A stretch of DNA of 64,000 nucleotides, taken from positions 41,602,001 through 41,666,000 of the forward strand of contig NC_059428.1 of NCBI RefSeq assembly GCF_021028975.2, written 5' to 3'. Origin of the DNA: Sphaerodactylus townsendi (lineage: Eukaryota). The number at the start of each line of letters is the position of its first letter. The stretch's first letter is position 1. This document shows positions 13,677 to 26,125 of this stretch, one piece after another. The notes under the pieces are model-generated. The model searched no databases. It was not told the origin of the DNA and was given only the letters and a program-made list of their open reading frames with translations. The position numbers and the translations under genes were made by a program.

Positions 13677-13751
13677 CTGGTTTTGTTTGAGTTACATTTG
13701 GACTGGGTGATGTTTTAGCCCTGGATACCACACGTCTGCTTCCTTTAGAAC
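13677..13751 (-). CDS. ABI3BP: ABI3BP exon, 75 nt: GSKGSRRVVSRAKTSPSPNVTQTKP
   Basis: gcctttcag acceptor, CAG|GTAGGT donor; paralogous to the exon at 19774. Confidence 0.9.
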
Positions 13752-14369
13752 CTGAAAGGCAGCAACAACAAACATGGGTTTAGATGTCATATCACCTTGT
13801 TATTTCCTGGGACAAGATTGTCCCTCTGGATCCCAGTAGGTTCCTGTGACTGTTTCAAGATGACCAGTTTATGTAGCAAGATGCAGACTTTATTTGCACA
13901 GAGATCCATAGGAGGAAATGAGGCTGGAGCCCTGCTTCTTAAGAGGGTCTGGTTGCAAAAAAGGCTTCAGCCTATTAGTATGCCCTATAAATTCACTATT
14001 CAATGGAGATCAGATTGTTTACTTTTACATGACAGGCTGGAGATGTGCAACGACAGCAGCTACAATCCAAACTGAAAGATTGTTTGCACCATGAAGGCCT
14101 GAATTGATAGTACCTGCTTGGTTTCAACCACTACAGACTGGAAGTCAAACTGCACATTACACTGGAGAAGTCTGACTGGGTCTCTTGATGAGGGATGTGG
14201 GATTTGTACTGGGGGCATTGCCATTTTTCCCCAATAGTTCAAACTTCCACAAAGACAAAATACCACTCTATGAATATTTAACAAGAGAAGAAGTGTTGGC
14301 TTTGTCTTTAAAGGTTATCTCTGCTAAACTCTAGCTAAGAAACATGATGTACAATAATTGCATTACTAG

Positions 14370-14735
14370 CAGCCCAATCCAGAGAGGGGGCAGACCTGTC
14401 CGTGGAGCCAGCTTAGCCTTGCACTAGCATGGGTGCCCATCCTGCTGGCTCAAGGGGCAAATGCACCAACAGAGGACCTCATACGCTGCCAGTCGGATAC
14501 CCCTAAACCCCGCTGCTGCAAAAGCCAGAAGTCCTGGCCACAGCAGGGCTGCCCTGGCATCTGAAATGCCTTTTGGGTGGCATAAGTCCATTGGCCCCAA
14601 TGGAGATGTTTCTGGAGGCAGGGACAGTTTTTTCTGTTTTCTCCTTCCCTGTGCCTTCAGAAAGCACTCTGGATTGGGTAGGCTGGTTCAGCAACAGTGC
14701 CATTCCTGATCGCCTCCACAGTGTGGATTGGGCTG
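14370..14735. mobile_element. MITE with CAGCCCAATCC TIRs
   Basis: cagcccaatcc ... ggattgggctg. Confidence 0.65.
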
Positions 14736-15571
14736 TGAATGTGGCTGCATAAGGACAAATTAAAAGTATTGAAATTTGTTTTCTAGGCAAAGAATGAATA
14801 TTCATTAAAATTTTATCTAAAAGGTTTTACTTGCTGAAAAAATAAGTGTTACAGTCTTAAAGAAAAACAAAAGGGGGAATAAAACTCAGATAATCTTTGA
14901 AAATAAATCAAATATTTATTGATAGCAATATGTAGAATAGTATCTGAGATCCAAAGGGCTTCTCTGCATATTTTTCACTCCAGTTGTGTTCCCACTTCAC
15001 CAATTCAAATGATCAGGAACAGATTTTCAAGGAGAAGAAGGGTTGAATTTTGCAGTAGTCGGGATCCAGGTCAAAATGCTAGTTTTTATGTACTTGTGAG
15101 CCAAACCATATTTGCTGCAATCTAACCTGAGAGGCAAGTTTCATTAAGCCTATTTATTTCACTGGAGTTAAGCACACTGAAGTACTATTTTGCTAGGAAA
15201 TATCACTGCATGACAGTTCTGGATTTTATATCAAGCGAAGCAATTACTTGACAATGGCTGCCATCCAATTCTTTGTGAGTATAACTTTGTACAAACTTTA
15301 TCCAGATGAAAACTTTGCAATCCTGGGTCAATGACATTGACTACATCTTAAAAATAGAAAAGGCCTGATTAAGTGGAAGAAACCAGAAAATTTAACACAT
15401 ATATGGAAATGTCTTTTACATAAGGAGTCAAGAGAAAAATGGTCTGCTCAGTTAGGCAACCATGTAACCAGAAAAAGAAAACATTGTTATGGTGGCTAAG
15501 CAGTGAATCATCACTTTCTTCTATATTCAGTCACTATGTTTATTGTATATTCTCAACAGATAAGACAGTAG

Positions 15572-16272
15572 AGGGTTGCCAACTCCAGGCTGCAAAATTC
15601 CTGGAGATCAAGGGTGGAATAAGGAAGAGCAGGGTTTGGGGATAGGAGGGACCCAAAGAGATTGAGAGTCTGATAGATGTCTATTAAATATATTAAATAT
15701 AGATTTTGTTGCACTGTGCTTGACTCTTATCAATAGAAAATGATACATGAACATTTCAACAGAAAATATACATCCATAGCTAAAAACACATGCAAAATAT
15801 CACAAAATATACTGCAAGTAACCGCAAGACCTCAATTGCTAGATTCATCCACAAAATATCCCACAAAAGACCTATGGATTTCAGTCTTCTTTAGAGGTCA
15901 GTAAATGACCCATACATAGAACTAATATTCATACATAAAATCTTATTTAAAGACCACTAAGTTATATGTAGGCCTTTAATTTTCTGGTATTCCCATAGAC
16001 ATCCCAGGTGTATACAATGAATCCTACATAGTTCACATTTACCATGTAACTTTTCAAAAGGGCACCACTTTACAGATCTGCCCTGAACTGAAATGAAATC
16101 AACTATGTGTGGTGAAATATATATCAAAGAGGGACCTCAGGAGGTAGAATGCCATAGATTCCATGCCCCTCCAAAAGCTGCCATTTTCTGCAGGGAAACT
16201 GATCCATGTAATCTGGAGATTAGTTGAAATTCTGGGAGTTCTTTTTGTACCATCTGGAGACTGCCAACTTTA
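15572..16272 (+). mobile_element. AGGGTTGCCA-terminated hAT-like element split by an insert of about 475 bp; other copies at about 22456, 28806, 44110, 48155 and 55810
   Basis: The two halves match uninterrupted copies; GAGGGACC is duplicated at 15646 and 16129. Confidence 0.65.
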
Positions 16273-16303
16273 AGGATATAAAACAACACAATTCTGGTAA
16301 TAC

Positions 16304-16372
16304 CTAAAGTTTATTGTGGGGAAAACTTATATGTTCCAGAACCTAATTCATCTGATTCAGGAAGTGTTACAC
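16304..16372 (-). pseudogene. Probable dead repeat exon, 69 nt: GVTLPESDELGSGTYKFSPQ*TL
   Basis: Polypyrimidine tract ends in TGG rather than YAG; in-frame TAA; TL end followed by AG|GTATTA; length and phase fit the array. Confidence 0.5.
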
Positions 16373-17330
16373 CCAAAAGAACACACAAAAACACAAATGT
16401 GTTAACAGAGGAAAGGGAGAAAATCAGGGCTAAACGACATAAAATGCTGGGAGTTCTGAGAGTGCCTAACTGTTTCGTTCTTTTAAAAATCAAGCATGCA
16501 GGATCTCATCAGAAAGTGACCCTGATGTGGGAGGAGAACTAAGCACCTCTTGTACCGTTTTTTGCAGCTGAAAATAGCCCTGTAATTTGTCCTATAGGGG
16601 AAACAAAACAGGCTCTGGTGTGAATATATTAACAGGACAATTAGAACCTCTCGGAGTAATTTTAGATTAGGCAAAGGGCACAGGAATGAAAGTATATCTA
16701 CCTCTCTGTGCGACAGACCCCCTGCTGGGATTGCTTTTTAAAAGAAAAACACCTGGAAGCTTATTCAAAGGATACCCACCATCCCATGTAGTTTGGCCCT
16801 CACATCTGGCTGCTATTTTTAATGTATAGCCTGCTGTGCAGTAGATTATTAAAAATGTTAAATCTATTCATATGGACTTTTTATTTTAGGAGGGTTTTTT
16901 TGTATTTGATAAAAGCTACACGTATAAGTGAAATAAATAAAAAGAAGTTGAGCCAGTGTGCTGTAGTAATTAGACAAAGTCTTTGCAGATCCACTGAGCT
17001 TGGAAGCTCTTTGGCTGATCTTGGGTCAGCCATTTTCTCATTCTATTCTATCTCACATTTCTTTCAAGGTGGGACAAACATGTACCCCACCCTGAGCTTC
17101 TTGGAGAAAGGGTGGGATAAAATAATAATACATAAAAAGTAACTGTTCCCTTTTCAGCTGTACATTTCTGCCCTAGACTGGTGGCAGACTGTACAACTGT
17201 GCATACAGAAGTCAAATAATTCTCAAGAAAATATTATGTGTGTAATGAATGGGAGGATACGCACATCTCTCTGAACCTTGCCATAAAAGTCTCAAGTAGC
17301 ATTCCAAAAAGAGAGATAGTCAAGTATATT

Positions 17331-18234
17331 TGTGCACAATACAAATAAGATGTCATGGGGACGACTTTAAAAAAAAGGATTTCCAAATTTTTTGTTTGGA
17401 CAGCACAAATAAAGCGTGCGAGAAAGCATTTTTTCTTCCGCCCAATCTGCAAACTGTCATTTTCAGTTTCTCTGCAGCTTGCGCTCCCGATTTTCTGCTG
17501 CAGGGATTCACCGTGCCACCCATCATTAGCTGAGTTGTTTCCAGGGCCACTTCCTTGCTTTGCAGGCGGCTGCTATTTCAGCTTGTAAAATACGCAAATT
17601 AACTTAGTTTTTTCTGCTGATGACAGGCATATGTTGTTTTCCCCCATTTTTGCCTTTTCAATGAAGTGAATCACAGCCAATTCTCAAACCGTGTCTTGCC
17701 TATTTCAAAAACACTTCATTGAAAACAAAACAAAACAAAAATGGAAAAAACAACATGTGCGCATCATTAGTAGGGAAAACTAGGTTTATTTTAGAAGCTG
17801 AAGTTGTGGCTGCCTGTGATGCAAGCAAAGGAAACAGCCCTGGGAACCACTCAGCTAATGGTGGGCGACACAGTGAATCCCTGCAGAAAATGGTGGGATG
17901 CTTTAAACTTGGGCAGGAAAAATAAGATATTTCCTGCTTTCCTGGGGGAAAAGATCACTAGTTTAGCGATCTTATTATTATTTTATTTATTTATTATTAG
18001 ATTTAATATATTAATATTATTAATATTATTAATTATTAATTATTAATTATCAATAATTATCAATATTATTAAGTATTAATATTAATATATTAGATTTCAA
18101 ACCCCCTCCCCCCTGGATTGAGCAGAAATAAAATGTCTTAAGGATGTCTTGGGGAGAAAGCTTGTGAACTTCCTCCCCAAAATGCTTCTTTTCAAGTCCT
18201 CAATAAGTTTTATTTGTGCTGTGCAGAAAGCACC
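17331..18234. mobile_element. Long palindromic non-autonomous DNA element containing an (ATT)n tract
   Basis: Long internal inverted repeats (e.g. ctgcagggattcac / gtgaatccctgcag); related to 20145 and 32694. Confidence 0.6.
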
Positions 18235-18879
18235 CATGATGACAAATGATGGGAGAACTTTCTTAATTTGGCTGAACTGTCACAGGGAAACGAAGAGGGA
18301 TGATGTTGTCAAAAAATTTCATAGCCAGAATCAACTGGCAGGGGTGGGTTTTCCAGGCTGTGTGGCTGTAGTTTGGTAGTTTTTGCTCCTAATGTTTTGC
18401 CCACATCTGAAAATCCCAGGCATATCAATACCAGACCTGGAAAGATCGGATAACACAGGTTCACAGGAATGAGTAGGCAGCCACCCCAACTTATAACTGG
18501 TCCCTAAGAGTCACTCCCAAATGGGAGTCGAAGAAGTAAAATAGACAGCTTGTTTGGAAAAAGCACACAAAAGGACAAGGAGGAACCAAAGGAACAAAGC
18601 ATGAAGTTGTGCCAAGGTTGAAAAGAAACCTTTATTAGGTTTCTGCCACCTTGGATCCCATTCCTCAAAAGAGGAATATCTATATAAATTCAAGATCAAG
18701 ATTAATGCTCTGCCTTAAGTGCTCTGCAACATCTCTAGCTCTGCCTTGATTAATTCCCATTTATCTGGGTTTGCTTTTCTGTAATGTTCATGTGAATTAA
18801 TATAACCTTTTAACATAACATGTTCTGACAAGGGCTGCCAAGTCCAGTGGGTGGGTATATCCTCCACCCCCAGATCTAA

Positions 18880-18920
18880 AAGAAGGAAGGAAGAAAGAAA
18901 GGAAGGAAGGAAGGAAGGAA

Positions 18921-18970
<50 letters not shown>
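18880..18970. repeat. (GGAA)n(GAAA)n microsatellite
   Basis: Directly visible. Confidence 0.95.
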
Positions 18971-19773
18971 GGCTGTTCCACTTCTGGAGAAAACCCAGGA
19001 GTAATATATCAGTCCTTCCTAGGAACTGCTGGAAACTAATTTTGTCATTGACTTTCCAGCAATTCCTAGAGAGGTGCAACATCTCTTCAGGGATTTCCTG
19101 GAAATGCCATTGCTGATAGAGCCCCCATATCCCTGTCTTCCCCGTCTCCTGCTGGTTGCCAGGCCATGTCTGGTAATCATAGTTTTTACTGCATGGAAAC
19201 TGATCCGTATGGCTAGCTGTTTGCACATGCACACACATACAAATATATTTCATCTTCTGGTTGTTCAAGACCTTGGGTGGGCTGTGAGACAACATAATAT
19301 TAGGCGACATTGAGAAGTGGCCATTTCTACCAATGAAAAGAGACTCCAAAACCTCGGGAAGGAAACTAAAGGGAGGAAGCGTTTTCCTAAAAGGGTTTAA
19401 GATACCTCACTACACTAAGATCTCTTGATTGCTTGCTGGCTTGGAGAAAAAGACAAGGGTAGAGGCACTACTTGCCATTTCCAAGGCTGATGTCATGTGC
19501 TGCAGTAAGATAAACTGAGCTGACACTTTAGCAGTCGTCAAAATTCTATGGTACAAGCATAACGTTTGGGAGAATTACTTGAGCATCCTCATTGATGTGT
19601 GACAACACTTCCATTTATCTGATCTACCATGACACCGTGGTGTTGCATCACACGATGCCATGTGACACTCAACCTTGCTCCCCAAAACTCCTGACTGGCA
19701 ACCCTAGATATGGGTTGTACTGTGACATCATAATAAAAAAATGTTTAGAAATTCAAAACAGTAAATCACTTAC

Positions 19774-19848
19774 CAGGCTTGGTTGATGTTATACCGGGGC
19801 TAGCAGATGTTTTAGCCCTGGCAGGCACTCTACGAGTTTCTTTTGGAG
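19774..19848 (-). CDS. ABI3BP: ABI3BP exon, 75 nt: APKETRRVPARAKTSASPGITSTKP
   Basis: cctcctctcag acceptor, G|GTAAGT donor, TKP end. Confidence 0.9.
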
Positions 19849-20144
19849 CTGAGAGGAGGTGAATATGAGGGGGTTTTAATTAAGGTATTCCAGCCAACAA
19901 ATATCAGTTCCATAATAATGCCAGAATGATCAAACATGAGAAACCATCCAATAGCAACGTAGATGTTCACTGGAGAGAATCAGTGTTGTACTACACAGTT
20001 TAGTGTAAAGGCAGTAATGAAATTAGCAGCTACTCAGAGTTTCTGATCCTAAACTGCAGTGTGAAAAAAGAAAACTGTTAAAAAAAAGCTGTTTCCAAGT
20101 TTAATAAGCTGTTTCTGTGTTTCAAAAGCTGTTGCTGTGAGAGT

Positions 20145-20997
20145 GGTCTTTTCCCCACAGCAGAAATAAATATCCTGCAGAAGTTTTAAAAAGATCCATT
20201 TTGGTTTTTTTGTGTTCGCTCTGTATGGACAAAAAAAAGTTGCCAGGCAAAATGGTTCTTTTTTTCAGTCTGCCACCAGACAGAACTCTTTTCAGTTTCA
20301 TAATTGCACCCGCCATTTTCTCCCGCTTGTGATTTTCTGCCCCGCTTGCCATTTGTTGAAGGTAAGCAACAGAGGTTTGTTATGTTTGCAGCTCATCCGC
20401 ACACAATTTCACTGTAAAAATTACATGAATAAAATGTGTTTTATCTGGCAATTTCACCCATGTGTTGTTTTTCCTCTTTTTGTTTTCAGGGAGATTTACT
20501 AAGCTATGATGACTCAAATATGAGCATACTGCAGATTTTCATGTTGTGTTGCAGCTTTGCAGACATCTCCATCAAAGCAAGAAAAAGGAAAAACAGCACA
20601 TGCATGGGATCCCCATGCAAAAGAAACTTTATTCATGTACTTTTTACAGTGAAATTGTGCATGGATGAGCTGCAAGCAGAGAAAAACTCTGTGGGAAATG
20701 GCAGGGGCAGAAGGCACCTGAAGAGGACAGAAAGTGGCAGGTGAAACTGAAGTAAAAGTAAGAGCGGGGGGATGGGAAAAATAAAGCATCTCCTGTTTGC
20801 TTTTGTTCACACAGGCAAGCATGAGACGTCTTCAACCCATCTTCAGAAAAAAAGATCACTAGTTTAGTGATTTTTGAAAAACCCAGGTTGAGAAAAATAA
20901 AACATCCTTTTGGAGGAGAGAGCTGTGCAAACTTCTTCCCCAAAATGCTTTTTATAATGTCTTCAAGATGTTATATTTCTGCGGTGAGGAAAAGACC
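20145..20997. mobile_element. Palindromic Harbinger-like non-autonomous element
   Basis: TIR GGTCTTTTCCYCAC, 3-bp TSD AGT, long internal inverted arms. Confidence 0.75.
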
Positions 20998-21167
20998 AGT
21001 GAGACAAATGGGTATACTGTATTAGAAAATTCAAAGGCTCCTCTGGCACTATACAACTGGGTTTACAGTGATTTGGATTCTTCACTTTGCTTTCCAAGAA
21101 TAATGCAACCACTATGCACCACCCCATGCATACTATTCCCAAATCAACAAAGATATTCAGTTTTTAC

Positions 21168-21215
21168 CTGTTGTTGTTTTTGGTTTTTCAGGTCTAAAGG
21201 TAATTGTCTCAAGGT
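21168..21215 (-). CDS. ABI3BP: ABI3BP exon, 48 nt: DLETITFRPEKPKTTT (a possible ancestral 60-nt form to 21227 lacks AG)
   Basis: gacacag acceptor, CAG|GTAAAA donor, LExITF motif. Confidence 0.7.
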
Positions 21216-21789
21216 CTGTGTCAATAACATTAATGAATAAAAACAAGTATAATCAGTAATCTTCTTGTAAATCACCATGAAGCAAACAATAAATATCTTC
21301 TCCATTTATTTAAGTAATTTATTTTAAAAACTTATATTGTCTTCCTACCCACAGATTTAAAAAGTAACTTGCAAAAAGCTAAAAAACATGATGAAGCATC
21401 AACCCACAATGACTTATAATATACCATCCAAAAGCAATGCTTGAAAATAACAAAAGGGAAAGAAACAGAGCAAACCAAATTGCCACCCACCAAACCCACC
21501 AGATCAGTTAAAACAACTTAGATGCCCACAAAAGCTTGCCTAGGATTATGAGGTGGGTCAGATCCTGACTGACATATTCAGGTAAACTATTTCACAAAGC
21601 TGAGGTAGACACTGGAAAAGTATGATGATGAGAAGAAAAGCCCCCGCTGAGATTAAACAAAAGATTGCACAGGTTGATATGAGGAGAGATGAAGAGAGAT
21701 CCCAGTCTTTTTATAAAGTCAAAGAGCAGCCCACATGGAATCCTGATATAGACTTGGGGGGGGGTCTCTTATAGAGAGGGAAAAGAGTA

Positions 21790-22327
21790 GGTGCTTAAAT
21801 TACACCTGGGCATTCCCCCTGCATGCCCTTTGTGCCCCCCACACCCTATCAGTGAGGCAGGCAGCAGCAGCCAGTGCCGGGCTGTGAGCCTGCCGAGGGC
21901 CCACTGGGCACCCCACGGCAGACTCCTGTCCTGGTGTTGGCTGCTGCTGCCCCCCACCTTGATCAGAGGCTGCACCTGCCTTGCCGTCAAGTGAGGCAGG
22001 TGCAGCCTCTGAGCAAGGTGTGTGTGTGTGGGGGGGTGGCAGGTGGCAGCAGCCGGTGCTGGGCCAGGTGCCTGCCATGGGCCCACTAGGCATTCCTTGG
22101 CAGGCTGCCACCCCTACCCCCTGCCTTGCTCGAGGGTTTTGCTGTGACCCGGCACCGACTGCTGCTGGCAGTGGCATCGGTACCTGCCAGAAGGACATGC
22201 AGGCTGCTGGCCCTTGACCGTGACTTGATCATGTGGGGGGCCCACAATTTTGCGATGGCCATGTGATCAGATGGGTAGCACCCGGGGACATGTGACCCTA
22301 CATGTCCCTCTGGCAGATACGCTCCTA
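21790..22327. mobile_element. GC-rich hAT-like non-autonomous element
   Basis: Ends ...gatacgctcct, similar to the TIR at 57430; similar subterminal motifs. Confidence 0.5.
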
Positions 22328-23708
22328 TGCTTAACTCTTCCATCCAATCAAAACTGACTCTCTCTCTCAGCCTGTACTTTCTCCTTTCCAGAGCTAAAAC
22401 AATGGTGAGAAGGATTACAACACTGCCCCCCCACCTTTGAGTTTCAGCCCTAACAGGGTTGCCAAATCTGGGTTGGGAAATTCCTGGAGATATTAGGGTA
22501 GAGTCTGAGGAGATTTAGCAAAAGAAGGGGCCAAATAGGTTATAATGTATAAAACCCACCCTCCAAAGCAGCCATTTCCAGGAGACCTGATGACTGTCAT
22601 CTGGACATCAGTTCTAATTCCTGGAGATCTTTAAGCCCTATATAGAGACTGCCAACGCTCAGCCCTTTTCCAAGAATACTGATGTTGTATCATGTTGTCT
22701 TTTGGCATGCCCCAGTGGGAAGAAATTTCAAGGGAAGCCACTAGAGGTCCATTACAGGTGAGTACAAGACATCAGATACTTATGATATTTTTGTAGGAGG
22801 TGCCGTGGACAGCCAAATATAGTCTGTAAAGCAGTATCACTTCTCTCCCCATAAAACAAACACATTGAGTTCCATTTCTCCTTGTTCTATTCAGATGCAA
22901 GGTTCATTCACTTTTACAGGCTGCATCAGGCCTACATCAAAATTCAGACAAGAGATCAACAAAGAGCTATTTGCATAACTGAAATATACTACTTCACATT
23001 ATTGAATACTGACATGTTGACTGATTATCCTTGAAGCTTGTGAAGCTCCAAAACTGATTGTTGCAAATTCTTTATTAGGAAGTGGCACATGTTGGGTCTC
23101 AAAATATAGAATAAATATTCACAAAAGCACCCTGCTTGATTGTTTCACTGCACTGGCAAAAATGTTTGTCTGGTTTGCACTTGGATTATTGGAAATCGTT
23201 CACTACTACTGTATCTCTTTCTGTAAAACATCTCTATGAAACCCCTCAGTCTCTTAAAAATCTTTGCCTGCCATTCCCTTCATATACTGGTAATTCGAAT
23301 AACCATTTGCCCCTCCAATATACATTAATTTAAGGACTTGGTTTTATCAAAGGTGCCATATTTTATTGCCACTGATCTACATTTGGCTCTAGAATCCAGG
23401 TTACAAACCCAACTACTTTTTGAGCTCATACACACATGAGCTATGTCCTGAACTATCCACCAATGTCCATCCATTGCTATCCACCAATGTTCATGAAGCA
23501 GTATCTTTCAGCCATCAACAGCCAACAAGCAAGCAACCAGACCATAAAGACCAGAAAAATTGACAGATTTTCCATTTTATAGTCCTTTGACCACATTTTC
23601 AGGAAAAATAATCATGTGCATTCCAGGCTAAGCCAAAATTGATAAGATCAATAGTTCTGAGACACACTTTGGAATGAATGTATGCATACAAACTAAAGAT
23701 GTATTTAC

Positions 23709-23777
23709 CAGGCTTGGTCTGAGACACATCAGGGCTAAACAAAATTTTAGGTTTTGAAGGTTCTTGGTCTTCTTCCT
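23709..23777 (-). CDS. ABI3BP: ABI3BP repeat exon with altered acceptor: EEEDQEPSKPKILFSPDVSQTKP (69 nt via internal AAG; a 78-nt form to 23786 has CAT instead of CAG)
   Basis: Clear repeat peptide and G|GTAAAT donor. The expected acceptor reads tttcAT; an in-frame AAG lies 9 nt downstream. Confidence 0.6.
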
Positions 23778-24339
23778 CTTTTGGAAATGAAATAAAGAAC
23801 ATGAGTTATAAATTGCAGAAATCTGGGTCTGACCCCAGGTGCAATTAACATACATACAATATGTGTGTGATTCCATGAGAAAAACATACATCGTTATTGT
23901 ATAGAAAGATGAAAGAGAGGTGTACACAAGAGATTTTTACAACATCTATTAAATTCCGAAAGGAGATCTGGAGGACTGATAAAATGGCCAGACTGCCTTG
24001 GGAATGGTGACAAAGACTTTCAAACACAAACAAAAACTGCTCCAGGGAGATGTAATCTACTCTGATGTTTTTCTGTTGAAACCTGTGGCTAGGGCATGAA
24101 TAGTGATAAGGTTGAAGGAAGGCAAAGCAGAGGAAGATTTGTCTGTGGTTCTTCTTTTCCATGAAGCAAGCCTATTTTTGGCAATTCAAGCAATGAGTCT
24201 AATATACACTTGACCCTGAAGTCAACCTTCAACTAAAAAACATTGTTCAGCAGTAGTATCATGAACCAAGAACTCCTCAATGTATCATATAATAGAGTCC
24301 ATTCAAAAAAGAAGAAAGGTTCAGTCACTTAGATGTGAA

Positions 24340-24720
24340 ACGTTTTACAAAGAAATTTCAACAGAAATGTTAATATGCTCCCCTCCCCCCCCCCCCCGCT
24401 GGTTTTGAGTGGATTCTAATGATACTAACCTACAAAAACGCAAGAAATTACTTTATTATCTGACAATGGCAGTGAGAACTGTTGTGGCCAGGCATTGAAA
24501 AAGTCAAGAAATACCAACAATTGATGAATGGCTACAGAAGATTCAGGACTATAGAACAGCAGATAGATTAACGATGTTTCTAAACAAAAAATGTCTTGAT
24601 TCTTTTCTCAAAGTATGGGAACCTATGTTACGATACTTGTATAGTATTGATCCCCAAAATAAGACCTTAATAATAGCACTGTATAATCTTATTTGCAACC
24701 CTTAGATGTACTGTTTGAAA
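24340..24720 (+). mobile_element. L1/Tx1-like LINE 3' fragment
   Basis: Decayed YLTMAVRTVVARH*KSQEIPTIDEW...KVWEP, typical of the ORF2 C-terminus. Confidence 0.55.
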
Positions 24721-24790
24721 TTTTTATTCTCATCTGCATCAATTGTTATTGTTACTTACGTAAAAGTTACGTAAAAGTTACGCATCAAAT

Positions 24791-24999
24791 NNNNNNNNNN
24801 NNNNNNNNNNNNNNNNNNNNNNNNNNNNNNNNNNNNNNNNNNNNNNNNNNNNNNNNNNNNNNNNNNNNNNNNNNNNNNNNNNNNNNNNNNNNNNNNNNNN
24901 NNNNNNNNNNNNNNNNNNNNNNNNNNNNNNNNNNNNNNNNNNNNNNNNNNNNNNNNNNNNNNNNNNNNNNNNNNNNNNNNNNNNNNNNNNNNNNNNNNN
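24791..24999. other. Assembly gap (209 N)
   Basis: N run. Confidence 1.
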
Positions 25000-25013
25000 C
25001 CTCATATATTACA

Positions 25014-26125
25014 CTAGCAGGATGCCCGTGCTTTGCCATGTGGTTTGTAATATGTTTGTAATCTGTTTTGATTGTATTTTACTGTAGCGGTCTGGTTAAT
25101 GTGAGGGTTGGTCGAGAAATACTTTTTCACAGCCTGTCTGTTAGCCTCGGAGTGACAGTCCGCATACCATCACAGCCTCTCTATGAATTTCAGGGTGACA
25201 TTCAACATTCAGTAGACCTGTCAGTGCACTTTGAATGTTGGCATGAAATTTCTCTCTTTCACCTGGTGGGCTCCAAAAGTCATCATTTGGAAGCAGCTGC
25301 TGAATTTTCGGGATGCAGAAAGGAAGTGTTCTGCCATTGGATGCTGATGAGTGAGAAGGCTGTGAAGAGGTTCAAGGTAGGGTTGAAGGGCAGGGAGCTG
25401 GACTGTACCGCCACTGCAGCACATTCCTGGGTACTCATCCCACCACTTCAGATCACGACACCAAGCACAGGGTGATCGGAGGCCAAGAGCAATAAACTTG
25501 TCTCCACAGTAAGCAATCTGATGTCCATATGCAAAACCCGACAAATGTTTAGTAGTCCAAGGTGATAGTGTGGTTTGTAATCTGTTTTGATAGTATTTAA
25601 CAACTGCTTAGATAGCATTGCACGCCAGGGTGGTTGGAGGAGTACTTTTTTACACCCTGTCTGTTAACTTTGGGGTGACATTCAGCATACTTTTTTGCAG
25701 CCTGTTTGTGAACTTTGGGGTGACATGCAGCATATTTCCTCACAGCCTGTCTGTGGACTGATGGGTTTGTTTTCAATAGGTTCACATGTGTTGTGGAGGG
25801 CGGTGGTAGAGTGCAGTTGGTGATGGACATGAAGCTGGTGGTGTTGAACTGTCACTCTTAGAATGTTCGTGCAGCATGTCAGTGGACTGAGGGGCTGGTT
25901 TGCCCTTAGAATGTTCGCGCAGATGGCCAGAGATGAGCAGTGAAAACAGTAAATAGGTAATAAATCAAGTGAAAGTGAATATTTTGAGAAATCCTTTCTC
26001 AGTGAGCACCTGGAGTACGTAAGGAACAGGTGTGCCAAATTTCATGTGTGTGGCTTTGGTGGTTTTTGAGTTCTGTTGATGAGTCAGTGAGTCACTCAGT
26101 GGTATTTCGCATTTATAGATATAGA
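25014..26125 (-). mobile_element. Helitron deletion derivative retaining a RepHel N-terminal fragment
   Basis: A|TCTATA 5' end and ...GCACGGGCATCCTGCTAG|T 3' end. ORF 25221-25544 carries CxxC..LKW..E..GMCC..G.V.LP.L...EPL..LL...HFL...RKF.SCFQM..FGA...FMPTFKV. Confidence 0.92.

Noticed and set aside
14114-14161. 48-nt segment ending ETKQ|GT
   Set aside because: Open only in phase 0, which is incompatible with the phase-1 array.
16043-16087. 45-nt phase 1-1 open segment with AG/GT ends (VQGRSVKWCPFEKLH)
   Set aside because: Inside a later insertion within a TE and unlike the repeat peptides; likely chance.
24693-25061. ORFs containing X runs
   Set aside because: Artefacts of the N gap.
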